The notes beneath the pieces were generated by a model. It searched no databases, was not told the DNA's origin, and saw only the letters and a list, made by a program, of their open reading frames with translations. Positions 1 through 9,192 of a DNA stretch of 64,000 nucleotides are shown in pieces. The first letter of the stretch is position 1, and the number at the start of each line of letters is the position of its first letter. The stretch lies in contig JAKPTE010000014.1 of NCBI GenBank assembly GCA_029571215.1, positions 28,082-92,081 of the forward strand, written 5' to 3'. Source of the stretch: Bacteroidota bacterium. GTDB lineage: Bacteria > Bacteroidota > Bacteroidia > Bacteroidales > JAAYUG01. The position numbers were made by a program, and so were the translations under genes.

Positions 1-357
1 TGTGGTGGTGGTGGTTTTTCCGTTGCTTCCGGTAATGCAGATTTTTTTTGCCGCAGTAAAACGGGCAGCAAATTCTATTTCCGAAATTATCCGGATTCCT
101 TTGTTTCGCAGTTTGACAATAATGGGAGCTTTTTCTGAAATACCCGGACTCTTGATAACTTCGTCGGCGTTCAGAATAAGCCTTTCGGTATGTTTTCCCT
201 CCTCAAAGGGTATGTTGTAGCTTACCAGCATTTCCTTATACCTGGGCTGGATGGAAGCATTGTCGGAAACGAAGACATCAAAGCCCATTTTCCGGGCCAG
301 AATGGCGGCTCCTGTTCCGCTTTCGCCTGCTCCAAGGATGACAATTCGTTTGCTCAT
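1..357 (-). CDS. murD: UDP-N-acetylmuramoylalanine--D-glutamate ligase MurD, N-terminal 119 codons (3' end lies beyond the left window edge)
   Basis: Own translation of the minus strand from ATG at 355-357 is open to position 1: MSKRIVILGAGESGTGAAILARKMGFDVFVSD...FTAAKKICITGSNGKTTTTT. It has the GxGxxG N-domain and the Mur-ligase P-loop GSNGKTT. It follows mraY in dcw order. It is absent from the ORF track because it is truncated. Confidence 0.85.
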   Translation of the reverse strand, partial: MSKRIVILGAGESGTGAAILARKMGFDVFVSDNASIQPRYKEMLVSYNIPFEEGKHTERLILNADEVIKSPGISEKAPIIVKLRNKGIRIISEIEFAARFTAAKKICITGSNGKTTTTT

Positions 358-454
358 AATTGATGAAATATTTTATTGAATGCCTTGTTCAATGTTGATA
401 TTGTAGTTGCTGATTTCTTCCTTTCCCTTAAATCTGATGCCTGCCCCGATCATA

Positions 455-1717
455 TTATCTGATTTTTAAGGTTACGATGGTAAGAACAGCCAGGAGCACC
501 TGAACGATCCAGAAGCGTGCAACAATTTTAGCTTCCGGATAACCAAGCATCTGATAATGATGATGCAGTGGTGCCATTTTGAAAATCCGCCTCCCCTCTC
601 CGTATTTTCTGCGTGTATATTTGAAGTATCCTACCTGCAGCATGACAGAAAGACTTTCGACGAAGAAAATTCCGCAGAGTACGGGGATTAGCAGTTCTTT
701 GCGGACAATGATGGCAAAAACAGCGATAATCCCGCCCAGGGTAAGGCTACCTGTATCGCCCATAAATACCTGGGCTGGGTAGGTATTGTACCAGAGAAAA
801 CCAATAAGTGCTCCGATAAACGCTCCCATGAATACCACCAGCTCCCCGGCATTGGGGATATACATAATATTAAGGTATCCGGCGTAAATAATATTACCTG
901 ACAGGTAAGCAAAAACTCCAAGGGTAAACCCAATAATAGCAGATGTTCCTGTTGCCAGGCCATCGAGGCCATCTGTCATATTGGCTCCGTTGGAAACAGC
1001 TGTAATAATGAAAATAACTGCAAGAATAAAGACAATCCAGCCGGCTATTTCTGCTTTCTTACCGGCAAATTTCACCAGCGATGCATAATCAAACTCATGG
1101 TTTTTTACAAACGGAATTGTGGTTTTTGTTGACTTAATGGGCTTTGTGGAATAAATTCTGGTAACGACCTCACTTCCCGGAGTTCTTATTTCCCTGTAAA
1201 CAGGAAGGCCATCGCTGCCCCTAACTTTTTCGCGCACAACTACCTGCGGACTCGTATATAAAACTACACCAACAATGACGCCAAGAATTACCTGCCCCAG
1301 AATTTTCACCCGGCCTGCAAGCCCTTTTTTATTATGTTGAAATACCTTAATGTAATCGTCAGCTAATCCGATCATACCAAGCCAGACGGTTGTTATGATC
1401 ATCAGCTGGATATATACATTGGTAAGATTGGCAAAAAGCAATACAGGAACCAGGATTGAGATAATAATAATTATTCCTCCCATAGTGGGAGTGCCTTTCT
1501 TCTGAAGCTGTCCTTCCAGCCCCAGATCGCGCACCACCTCACCGATCTGTTTCTTTTGAAGCAAACGAATAATACGCTTACCAATAAACAACGAGATTAA
1601 TAGAGCTGTGATAATTGAGAGAGCTGAACGGAAGGACAAATATCCCCACAACCGGCCCCCGGGAATTTCAACTCTTTGTAAGTGCTCAAACAAATGGTAT
1701 AACATACTTTTCTGCAA
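455..1717 (-). CDS. mraY: Phospho-N-acetylmuramoyl-pentapeptide transferase MraY
   Basis: 420-aa polytopic ORF with MraY signatures [13 protein letters not shown] and [12 protein letters not shown]. It sits between murE and murD. Confidence 0.95.
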   Translation of the reverse strand: MQKSMLYHLFEHLQRVEIPGGRLWGYLSFRSALSIITALLISLFIGKRIIRLLQKKQIGEVVRDLGLEGQLQKKGTPTMGGIIIIISILVPVLLFANLTNVYIQLMIITTVWLGMIGLADDYIKVFQHNKKGLAGRVKILGQVILGVIVGVVLYTSPQVVVREKVRGSDGLPVYREIRTPGSEVVTRIYSTKPIKSTKTTIPFVKNHEFDYASLVKFAGKKAEIAGWIVFILAVIFIITAVSNGANMTDGLDGLATGTSAIIGFTLGVFAYLSGNIIYAGYLNIMYIPNAGELVVFMGAFIGALIGFLWYNTYPAQVFMGDTGSLTLGGIIAVFAIIVRKELLIPVLCGIFFVESLSVMLQVGYFKYTRRKYGEGRRIFKMAPLHHHYQMLGYPEAKIVARFWIVQVLLAVLTIVTLKIR

Positions 1718-3181
1718 TTAATCAGTTAATCCAAAGGCCTTTTTCACCTCCTCCATATCATCAAAAGGATATTTGATTCCTTTAATTTCCTGGTATGTTT
1801 CATGTCCTTTACCGGCTATAAGAACCACATCGTCCGGATGTGCCATCATACAGGCTGTTCGGATGGCTTCCGCACGGTTCACAATACTGATTACCTTGTT
1901 CTTATCGGAAGGATCTATTCCCTCTTTAATTTCTCCAATAATCAATTCAGGGTCTTCACTCCGTGGGTTATCGGAGGTAATAATAAGCCGATCGCAAAGC
2001 GATGCCGCAATACGGCCCATTTTGGGACGTTTTGTCCGGTCACGGTCTCCACCTGCACCAATTACACCAATGATCGCATATGGCTTGGATCCCCTTATTT
2101 TCAATAAGGTTTCCAGAACATTTTTAAGAGCATCTGGTGTATGAGCATAATCCACCACAGCCATTCTGCCATCAGGAGAACGAAGACGTTCAATCCTGCC
2201 TTTCACTCCTTCCAGCTGGCTCATTTTTTCCAGAACGAGCCCGGGTTCTTCACCCAGAAGAACTGCAGCAGCATATACAGCAAGAAAATTGTAGGCATTA
2301 AATTCACCGACCAGCCGCGTCCATACTTCCTGCTGGCCGATTTTCAGCAGCATTCCTTCCATGTGGCTTTCCAGAATCCGCGCATGAAAATCCGAAGGAC
2401 TCTTCAGGGAATATGTTTTCCTGTCAGCTTTAGTATTCTGAATCATCACCATGCCATTGCGGTCGTCCCGGTTGACCAGAGCAAATGCCCGCTGTGGAAG
2501 CTCATCAAAGAATTTTTTCTTAGCCTGCAGATAGTTATCAAAAGTCTGGTGATAGTCGAGATGATCATGCGTCAGATTTGTAAATACCGCACCCGAAAAT
2601 TCGATGCCGGCAATCCTGTTTTGATGGGCAGCATGGGAGCTGACCTCCATGAAACAGTGCGTGCAGTTTTCCTGCACCATTCGGTGCAAAAGTCCCTGCA
2701 ATTGAATGGGGTCAGGTGTCGTATGGGTAGCAGGTAATACTTCCTCACCGATGTAATTGCAGATGGTTGACATTAAACCTGCCTTGTATCCCAGTGCCCA
2801 AAATAAACGATACAGCAATGTAGCCGTGGTTGTTTTACCATTGGTTCCCGTTACACCTACCAATTTGAGATGCGCTGAAGGATTTCCGTAAAATGCTGAA
2901 GCTAACAGTCCCGGAGCTGATGAAGTATCAGGTACCTTAATCCATGTAATTTCTCCGGAAACATTTTCGGGTATGCTTTCACAAACCACAGCATTAACTC
3001 TCTGCCGGATCACTTCGGGTATAAATGAGTGTCCGTCAAACTTTGTACCTCTGACGGCGATAAATAGATCCCCCTGTCTGGCAATTCTGGAATCCGTAAC
3101 AATCCTGTCAACAGGAATATCAAGGTTTCCTGATACCGATTGAACAGGAAGATTGGAAATTATGTCGCGCAATATCTTCAT
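1718..3181 (-). CDS. murE: UDP-N-acetylmuramoyl-tripeptide synthetase MurE
   Basis: 487 aa with Mur-ligase P-loop GVTGTNGKTTT and the MurE DNPR motif (ITSDNPRSEDP). It abuts mraY with no gap. Confidence 0.95.
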   Translation of the reverse strand: MKILRDIISNLPVQSVSGNLDIPVDRIVTDSRIARQGDLFIAVRGTKFDGHSFIPEVIRQRVNAVVCESIPENVSGEITWIKVPDTSSAPGLLASAFYGNPSAHLKLVGVTGTNGKTTTATLLYRLFWALGYKAGLMSTICNYIGEEVLPATHTTPDPIQLQGLLHRMVQENCTHCFMEVSSHAAHQNRIAGIEFSGAVFTNLTHDHLDYHQTFDNYLQAKKKFFDELPQRAFALVNRDDRNGMVMIQNTKADRKTYSLKSPSDFHARILESHMEGMLLKIGQQEVWTRLVGEFNAYNFLAVYAAAVLLGEEPGLVLEKMSQLEGVKGRIERLRSPDGRMAVVDYAHTPDALKNVLETLLKIRGSKPYAIIGVIGAGGDRDRTKRPKMGRIAASLCDRLIITSDNPRSEDPELIIGEIKEGIDPSDKNKVISIVNRAEAIRTACMMAHPDDVVLIAGKGHETYQEIKGIKYPFDDMEEVKKAFGLTD

Positions 3182-3182
3182 C

Positions 3183-5309
3183 TTACTGACTCATTTCAAG
3201 TTGTACCCTTTCACCTTTCTGAATTCTCACTCCCGGCTGGGGCGATTGATTTATGACAGTTCCTTTGCCATTTACACTTACTTCCAAACCAAAGTTCTCA
3301 AGAATATATAAAGCATCCTTGAGTCCCAGCCCTTTGACATCGGGCATCAGATTCTGAGTATAAACTTTCCCGAAACAGAGTACTTTATCGTCCTGTTTCT
3401 GTGTGATGACCCAGTGCGAAGAAGCATCATTTCCCTTCTCCGCCGGTATATCAAGGGCATCGAGCACTTTTTTCAGTTCAGGCCAATAACCACCTTTGGT
3501 ATAAGGAGGTTCAACTTTTTCGAACCAGCCGATTTTCTCCACTTCGTTATCAACTGCAATTCGCGTGGCATAAATTTTCCGGGCAATTTCCTTAAAAACA
3601 GGTCCGGCAACTATATTCCCATAATACACGCTGTTCGACGGGGAACTGACCCAGACAATACAGCTGTATTTTGGATCTTCGGCAGGGAAGTATCCCACAA
3701 ACGACGCCAGGTACTGGCTTCCGTAACCAAATTTCTGATTGGCAATCTGCGCTGTTCCTGTTTTACCGGCAATTTTGCAGGAGGCATCCCTCAGGTTCAT
3801 GGCTGTTCCGCTATCAACAACCCCTTCGAGCATAGCCCGTGCTTTCTTTAATGTTGCCCTTGAACATATGGATGGATCAATTACCTGCGGACTGAAGCGT
3901 TTAATTGTTCTACCCCTCTGCCGCAGTTCATTGACAAACATAGGCCGCATCATACGGCCATTGTTAGCTACTGCATTATAAAATGTCAGGATCTGCAAGG
4001 GAGTGAGCCGAACTTCATACCCATGCGCCATCATGGCAAGGGAAATCCCCGACCAGTACTTTGTCCCCGGATAACGTATTTCCGGCTTTCCTTCCCCTTT
4101 AAGCTCTATTCCCAGCGGTTCATTTAAATGAAAATGGTAGAGACGGTCAACAAAATCTTTTTCCCTGTTTTTATAAAGCCTTGTAATGAGCTTTGCCATT
4201 CCGACATTGGAGGAATACTCAAACACCTGCTTAACGGTAATAAGTCCAAATCCTTCATCATGTGCATCCCGGATCTCCTTGTCATATATCCTGAATTTTC
4301 CCTTGCCGGTGTTTACCGTATCGTTAAGTTCAACCAGATGGTCCTCAAAAGCTGCCATCAAGACAGGCAATTTAAAAGTGGAACCAGGTTCTGAACTCTC
4401 CCCGATGGCATAATTATAAACTTCCCTGTAGCGGCCAAACTCATCCAGACCCAGATTAACCATGGCCCTGATTTCTCCGGTACCCACCTCCATTACCACC
4501 ACTGTACCATGATGAGCACGGTGCAGTTCAAGCTGCTTCCTCAGAGCAGCTTCTGCAAGGTCCTGAAGATTGATGTCGATGGTAGTAACCACATCCACTC
4601 CATCTTCAGGTTCCACCTGATCTCCTCCGCTGATAGGCATCCAAAGCCCTCCCGGAATTCGCTGCATAAGCCTGACACCTTCCTTTCCCCGAAGGTATTC
4701 ATCGTATGCTCCTTCAATCCCGACAATATTCCCTTCATCGCTTTTGGTTATATATCCTACCGTTCGGGCCGCCAGGTCACCATGCGGCATAAAACGAACA
4801 TTATCCTGAAGAACTATAAGTCCTCCCTTATATTGTCCCAGCCGAAACAAAGGAAAGGTTCTTAACTGATGTAATTCATCATAGCTCACCCTTCGCTTCA
4901 GCAGATGAAATCTTTCCTTGTTCCGACGTGCTGAGACCAACTCCGCCTTGTATGATTCCCTGCTGCGATCACGGAAAAGATGCGAAAGGCACAAACTGAG
5001 GGAATCGATGCTCTTATAAAATACAACATCATTGATAGCTGATGATGCCATATCTACCCTGATCTCATAATAGGGAAGGGAAGTGGAAATAATTCGTCCG
5101 TCTTCCGCAAGGATGTCTCCCCGCTGAGGAGTGATAATCATATTTTTCAATGCCAGTTTGTCGGCCTTTTCGCGCCAGACATTTCCTTCAGCCAGCTGGA
5201 GATATACAATCTTTCCAATGATGGCAATCCCCCCAAGTAGGAAGACAAAATAGATAAATCCCACTCTCCACAGAATATCCTTTTTTATCTCAGCAGCCAT
5301 GCCTTTCAA
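3183..5309 (-). CDS. ftsI: Division-type class B penicillin-binding protein (FtsI/PBP3-like) with a C-terminal PASTA-like module
   Basis: 708 aa with an N-terminal membrane anchor (FIYFVFLLGGIAIIGKIVYL). Transpeptidase motifs are STFK, SSN and KTGT. The last ~60 aa (PDVKGLGLKDALYILENFGLEVSVNGKGTVINQSPQPG) look like a PASTA repeat. dcw position fits. Confidence 0.9.
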   Translation of the reverse strand: MKGMAAEIKKDILWRVGFIYFVFLLGGIAIIGKIVYLQLAEGNVWREKADKLALKNMIITPQRGDILAEDGRIISTSLPYYEIRVDMASSAINDVVFYKSIDSLSLCLSHLFRDRSRESYKAELVSARRNKERFHLLKRRVSYDELHQLRTFPLFRLGQYKGGLIVLQDNVRFMPHGDLAARTVGYITKSDEGNIVGIEGAYDEYLRGKEGVRLMQRIPGGLWMPISGGDQVEPEDGVDVVTTIDINLQDLAEAALRKQLELHRAHHGTVVVMEVGTGEIRAMVNLGLDEFGRYREVYNYAIGESSEPGSTFKLPVLMAAFEDHLVELNDTVNTGKGKFRIYDKEIRDAHDEGFGLITVKQVFEYSSNVGMAKLITRLYKNREKDFVDRLYHFHLNEPLGIELKGEGKPEIRYPGTKYWSGISLAMMAHGYEVRLTPLQILTFYNAVANNGRMMRPMFVNELRQRGRTIKRFSPQVIDPSICSRATLKKARAMLEGVVDSGTAMNLRDASCKIAGKTGTAQIANQKFGYGSQYLASFVGYFPAEDPKYSCIVWVSSPSNSVYYGNIVAGPVFKEIARKIYATRIAVDNEVEKIGWFEKVEPPYTKGGYWPELKKVLDALDIPAEKGNDASSHWVITQKQDDKVLCFGKVYTQNLMPDVKGLGLKDALYILENFGLEVSVNGKGTVINQSPQPGVRIQKGERVQLEMSQ

Positions 5310-5312
5310 TAC

Positions 5313-5684
5313 TTATTTAAGAACCCGCGGGGGCGTTACCGATTCCTTCAGGTCAAGGCCCTTTTCCTGAACCATTTTGGCAACCTGCGACTGCCGCGAA
5401 ATATTCATCAGCTCAGCCGCCATAGTTATGGAACGCGCCCTAAGTTCCCTGATTTCTGCCTGCAGTTCATTCACCTGGCGGGTCATGCGCATTGCATTGT
5501 ACCGGTTGGCAATGTACAGAACCGCCAGTAAGGTCAAAAAGAGAATGAACGGAAGTTGCCTGAGAACTGCCTGCCGTGTAAGCAAACTTCCGTCAATAAT
5601 TTGCCGAAAACTGAAACCCTTCAGTTCCTCATCAACAACCGAGGATTTTTCCCTTTCTTCCCTTTCCCGTTCTGTTGTGTTCAT
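5313..5684 (-). CDS. FtsL-like cell division protein (single TM plus coiled coil)
   Basis: 123 aa with one TM (LPFILFLTLLAVLYIA) followed by a heptad-like region (NELQAEIRELRARS). It occupies the conserved slot between rsmH and ftsI. Confidence 0.7.
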   Translation of the reverse strand: MNTTEREREEREKSSVVDEELKGFSFRQIIDGSLLTRQAVLRQLPFILFLTLLAVLYIANRYNAMRMTRQVNELQAEIRELRARSITMAAELMNISRQSQVAKMVQEKGLDLKESVTPPRVLK

Positions 5685-5686
5685 TT

Positions 5687-6583
5687 TTATAATCTTTCTC
5701 CGGTTCTGAGTTTAGCGCTGCGTGCACGGGGATTGGTGGCTATTTCCTCCCCTGATGGCTTCATAGCATGAGATCCTATCGGCCGGAAAGGAGCAACAGG
5801 ATTACCATATAAATCCTTTACCACCTCACCCCTCACGTTTCCTGCTTTGATAAAATGTTTTACCATCCTGTCCTCAAGACTGTGATAAGATATAACTACC
5901 AGTCTTCCACCGGGTTTTATCCATCGTGGTGTTTGTTCCAGCATCTCCGCGAGGCACTTCAGCTCCTGATTGACTTCCATTCGCAGAGACTGGTAGACTC
6001 TGGCCAGGAAACGATTGGCAAGATGTCCGGGAATCAAACCTCCCAGGCACTCATTGAGCTGCGCCGCTGTCAGGATGGGTTTTACGCTGCGAGCTTTCAC
6101 AATAGCCCTGGCTATAGATCCGGCTTCGCGCAATTCCCCGTATTCACGGAAAATGGTACGAAGTTGTTCCTCAGTCAGTGTATTCACCAGGTGAGCAGCG
6201 CTCCGGTCACCATGCAGGCTCATGCGCATATCAAGAGGTCCGTCACTGCGAAAGGTGAAACCACGTTTCGGTTCATCAAACTGATGCCACGAAACACCCA
6301 GATCGGCAAAGATCCCATCAACTGCCTCAATTTCAAGGAAGCAGAGAAAATGAGACAGAAATCTGTAATTGGCCCGGAAGAAATAAAACCTGCCTTTAGC
6401 AGATATGTCAGGTCGCACATCAGGATCCTGGTCAAAAGCAATCAGTTTCCCCTTCTTCAGAGCTTTCATAATTTCCCTTGCGTGACCGCCACCCCCGTAG
6501 GTCAAATCGACATAAACCCCGTCAGGCTTTATGTCAAGTGCCTGCATACTTTCCGAAAGCATGACAGGTTGATGGTAGTTCAT
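5687..6583 (-). CDS. rsmH: 16S rRNA (cytosine1402-N4)-methyltransferase RsmH (MraW)
   Basis: 298 aa with HQPVML at the N-terminus and the SAM motif DLTYGGGGHAREI. It directly follows mraZ. Confidence 0.93.
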   Translation of the reverse strand: MNYHQPVMLSESMQALDIKPDGVYVDLTYGGGGHAREIMKALKKGKLIAFDQDPDVRPDISAKGRFYFFRANYRFLSHFLCFLEIEAVDGIFADLGVSWHQFDEPKRGFTFRSDGPLDMRMSLHGDRSAAHLVNTLTEEQLRTIFREYGELREAGSIARAIVKARSVKPILTAAQLNECLGGLIPGHLANRFLARVYQSLRMEVNQELKCLAEMLEQTPRWIKPGGRLVVISYHSLEDRMVKHFIKAGNVRGEVVKDLYGNPVAPFRPIGSHAMKPSGEEIATNPRARSAKLRTGERL

Positions 6584-7048
6584 CTATGGGATATTATTGT
6601 TACTCTGATCTCCTCCCATAATTTTCTCCGCCAGGCGGGCAAAATCATCCGGGGCCATCTTCCCGTACCTGCCGGCAGCCCATATTTCAATCTTGCCCAA
6701 TTGCCCTGCCAGTATCACCTCCCCCTCAATACCCACTTCATCCAGTAACCGGCGGGGCAAAAGCAAACGGTTGTTCCCGTCCAGTGTAATCTCAGCAGCC
6801 CCTTTGTAAAACTCCCTTACAAAACGGTTATGTTCCGGATTGTATGGATTGATGCGGCTGCGGATAATAGCATTCTGACGCTCCCATTCCTCCAGAGGAT
6901 ACATTACCAGGCAGGCTTCATAAATGTCTTTTTTTACAACAAAAGAATCATTGGAAGCCGGCGATAATTGCTTCTTGAAAGCAGCAGGAAGCATAATCCT
7001 GCCCTTTGCGTCAACCTTGCAATGATATTCTCCTATGAAGGAATTCAT
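6584..7048 (-). CDS. mraZ: Transcriptional regulator MraZ
   Basis: 154 aa with two SpoVT/AbrB-like halves carrying the MraZ DxxxR motifs (VDAKGRIMLP and LDGNNRLLLP). It is the first gene of the dcw cluster. Confidence 0.93.
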   Translation of the reverse strand: MNSFIGEYHCKVDAKGRIMLPAAFKKQLSPASNDSFVVKKDIYEACLVMYPLEEWERQNAIIRSRINPYNPEHNRFVREFYKGAAEITLDGNNRLLLPRRLLDEVGIEGEVILAGQLGKIEIWAAGRYGKMAPDDFARLAEKIMGGDQSNNNIP

Positions 7049-7080
7049 GAGCTACAGTCTGGAATGTAAAATTATAACAT

Positions 7081-7120
7081 TTTTCTCCACTTTTTACCAC
7101 TTTTTGCCATTTTTTACCAC
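7081..7120 (-). promoter_or_regulatory. Probable MraZ operator: four phased 10-bp direct repeats
   Basis: Read on the mraZ strand: GTGGTAAAAA ATGGCAAAAA GTGGTAAAAA GTGGAGAAAA. The period is exactly 10 bp. The array ends 6 bp upstream of a TAATTTTA -7-like box (7067-7074) and 33 bp upstream of the mraZ ATG. Confidence 0.5.
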
Positions 7121-7301
7121 TTTGTTAATAACTTTTCATCCGGTTATTTTTCTTACAGGCCATCAGGCTGTGAATCAATCAGTTGTTTCATAGTCCAAAT
7201 ATGCCAATGCGTTTAGGTTTCTGAAAGCTTATCAAAACCGGACTGTTTTCTCAGGGTAAATATTTTCCCGGACTACGATTCTCACCCGTGTCAGTTTTTG
7301 T

Positions 7302-7309
7302 TAAATTTG
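7302..7309 (+). promoter_or_regulatory. Bacteroidota-type -7 promoter box TAAATTTG upstream of the acyltransferase pair
   Basis: Exact match to TAnnTTTG, 22 nt upstream of ATG 7332. No clear -33 TTTG at the expected distance. Confidence 0.35.
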
Positions 7310-7331
7310 CTTTTTGCATATTCATGCTCTT

Positions 7332-8177
7332 ATGGACTCTGGTGGATCGGAAAAAGCAATACAGTATGTTGATGTAAGGAAGGTTTTTCATCAGAAAAAT
7401 CCACGGCTGGCGCCATTGATTCCCGGCTTTGTTTACCGGTTTATCAAAAATCTTGTGCATGAAGATTATATCAATAATTTTTTACGAAAGCACGGACATA
7501 AGCAGGGGCTGGAGTTCATTGAAGCAGTCATTGCCGATTTCAATGTAACTACAGAAATTATCGGTGAAGAAAATCTGCCGTTGCAGGGAAGGTTCATCTT
7601 TGCAGGGAATCATCCGCTTGGAGGATTTGACGGAATGGTTCTCATGAACTTTCTCGGGAAAAAATATCCAAAAGTCCGATTTCTGGTGAATGATATTCTT
7701 ATGAATATCAGAAATCTGGAACCATTATTTGTCCCCATCAACAAACATGGCCCACATGGAAGGGATGCTGCGCGGATGATTGATGAAGCCATGCGTTCCG
7801 ATGCCCAGATTCTCACTTTCCCATCCGGCCTGGTTTCGCGCCGCATAAAAGGAAAAATTGAAGACCTGCCCTGGAAAAAAAATTTCATTCAGAAAGCGGT
7901 TCAATACCAGCGCGATATAATTCCTTTCCATTTCAGCGGACGGAATACTTCCCATTTTTATTTTCTGGCCAACCTGAGGAAGTTTCTCGGCATCAAATCG
8001 AATCTTGAAATGTTCCTGCTTCCCGATGAAACATACCGGCACAGGAATAAAAAGCTCACCCTGATTTTCGGTAAACCCATACCCTGGAAAACATTCGATC
8101 ATACAAGATCGCCGCAGGAATGGGCTGATTGGGTTCGGAAGATTGTCTATACCCTACCGGAAAAAGATAGGTTTTAA
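7332..8177 (+). CDS. Lysophospholipid/lyso-lipoamino-acid O-acyltransferase (PlsC family, GlsA/OlsA-like)
   Basis: The ORF track starts at TTG 7314, but the -7 box at 7302-7309 makes ATG 7332 (MDSGGSEK...) more likely. Acyltransferase motif FAGNHPLGGFDG and downstream FPSG. It is paired with the N-acyltransferase gene that follows. Confidence 0.75.
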   Translation: MDSGGSEKAIQYVDVRKVFHQKNPRLAPLIPGFVYRFIKNLVHEDYINNFLRKHGHKQGLEFIEAVIADFNVTTEIIGEENLPLQGRFIFAGNHPLGGFDGMVLMNFLGKKYPKVRFLVNDILMNIRNLEPLFVPINKHGPHGRDAARMIDEAMRSDAQILTFPSGLVSRRIKGKIEDLPWKKNFIQKAVQYQRDIIPFHFSGRNTSHFYFLANLRKFLGIKSNLEMFLLPDETYRHRNKKLTLIFGKPIPWKTFDHTRSPQEWADWVRKIVYTLPEKDRF

Positions 8178-8220
8178 ATACATTACTTTTGAAGTCGAAT
8201 CAATTTTGTCAGATAGTATC

Positions 8221-9192
8221 ATGAAAGAAATTATTCCTCCGGTTGAAAAAGAACTTCTTCTGCAGGAACTTACCCCGGATAAACTCAAGTGCCAGACCAA
8301 CTATGGCCACAACGAGATCTATATCTTCACAGCCCATGATTCCCCGCACCTGATGCGGGAAGTAGGCCGTCTGAGAGAAGTGAGCTTCCGCAGGGCAGGT
8401 GGGGGAACCGGGAAAGAATGTGGTATTGATGACTACGATACAGCTCCTGATCCCTACCATCAGTTGATTGTTTGGGACCCCAAATTCAAGGAAATTCTGG
8501 GAGGATATCGATTCTATATTCCTCATGACGGAGAAAGTGGCGATTCCATTGCATCAAAGCTGGTGACTTCCCATTTGTTTAGTTTCTCCGATCAATTCAA
8601 ACAGGAATATCTGCCCTATACCATAGAACTCGGGAGGTCTTTTGTGCAGCCTGCCTACCAGTCGACCAATCCGCAAAGAGCACGGAAAGGAATCTATGCG
8701 CTCGACAATCTCTGGGATGGTTTGGGTACGCTGATTGTGGATCATCCACACATAAAATATTTCTTCGGAAAGGTCACCATGTATCCGGGGTTTAACAAAG
8801 AAGCCCGAAATCTAATTCTGTGTTTTCTCAATAAGTTTTATGGCGACAGGGAAGGCCTGGTAAAACCTATCAAGCCACTTCCGATGGATTGCAACCTTGA
8901 AGAAATGGAACAAATTTTCAATGCGCCTTCCATCCAGGAAAATTACCGAATTCTTGTGAAGAAAGTAAGAGCCCATCACGAAAACATCCCTCCGCTCATC
9001 AGCGCCTATATGAATCTTTCGCCCACACTCAAAGTGTTCGGCACGGTAATAACCGAGGATTTTGGGAATGTTGAGGAAACGGGGATAATGATTACCATAA
9101 GCGACCTGTATGTTGAAAAGGTCGAACGGCATGTCTCCACCTATAAACGATGGAGATACTACCTGAGCCGAGACAAGATTTTCCCTCAGTAG
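8221..9192 (+). CDS. GNAT-fold (hemolysin-like) amino-acid N-acyltransferase (GlsB/OlsB-like)
   Basis: The track ORF starts at 8143 and overlaps the upstream gene; ATG 8221 (MKEIIPPVEKELL) is the first non-overlapping start. LREVSFRRAGGGTGKECGIDDYD...YHQLIVWD resembles the OlsB/GlsB-type N-acyltransferase family. Adjacency to a PlsC-type acyltransferase matches the two-step lipoamino-acid pathway. Confidence 0.7.
   Translation: MKEIIPPVEKELLLQELTPDKLKCQTNYGHNEIYIFTAHDSPHLMREVGRLREVSFRRAGGGTGKECGIDDYDTAPDPYHQLIVWDPKFKEILGGYRFYIPHDGESGDSIASKLVTSHLFSFSDQFKQEYLPYTIELGRSFVQPAYQSTNPQRARKGIYALDNLWDGLGTLIVDHPHIKYFFGKVTMYPGFNKEARNLILCFLNKFYGDREGLVKPIKPLPMDCNLEEMEQIFNAPSIQENYRILVKKVRAHHENIPPLISAYMNLSPTLKVFGTVITEDFGNVEETGIMITISDLYVEKVERHVSTYKRWRYYLSRDKIFPQ

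Noticed and set aside
5855-6748. 297-aa ORF on the + strand covering all of rsmH and part of mraZ
   Set aside because: It is antisense to two genes with clear catalytic motifs and has no motif of its own. Its composition is that of a shadow ORF: long open antisense frames are common opposite real genes.
7081-7120. Regularly spaced 10-bp repeats considered as a mini CRISPR or other repeat array
   Set aside because: There are no spacers: the repeats are contiguous, only 10 bp each, and no cas genes are present. Their position and GTGG core fit an MraZ operator instead.
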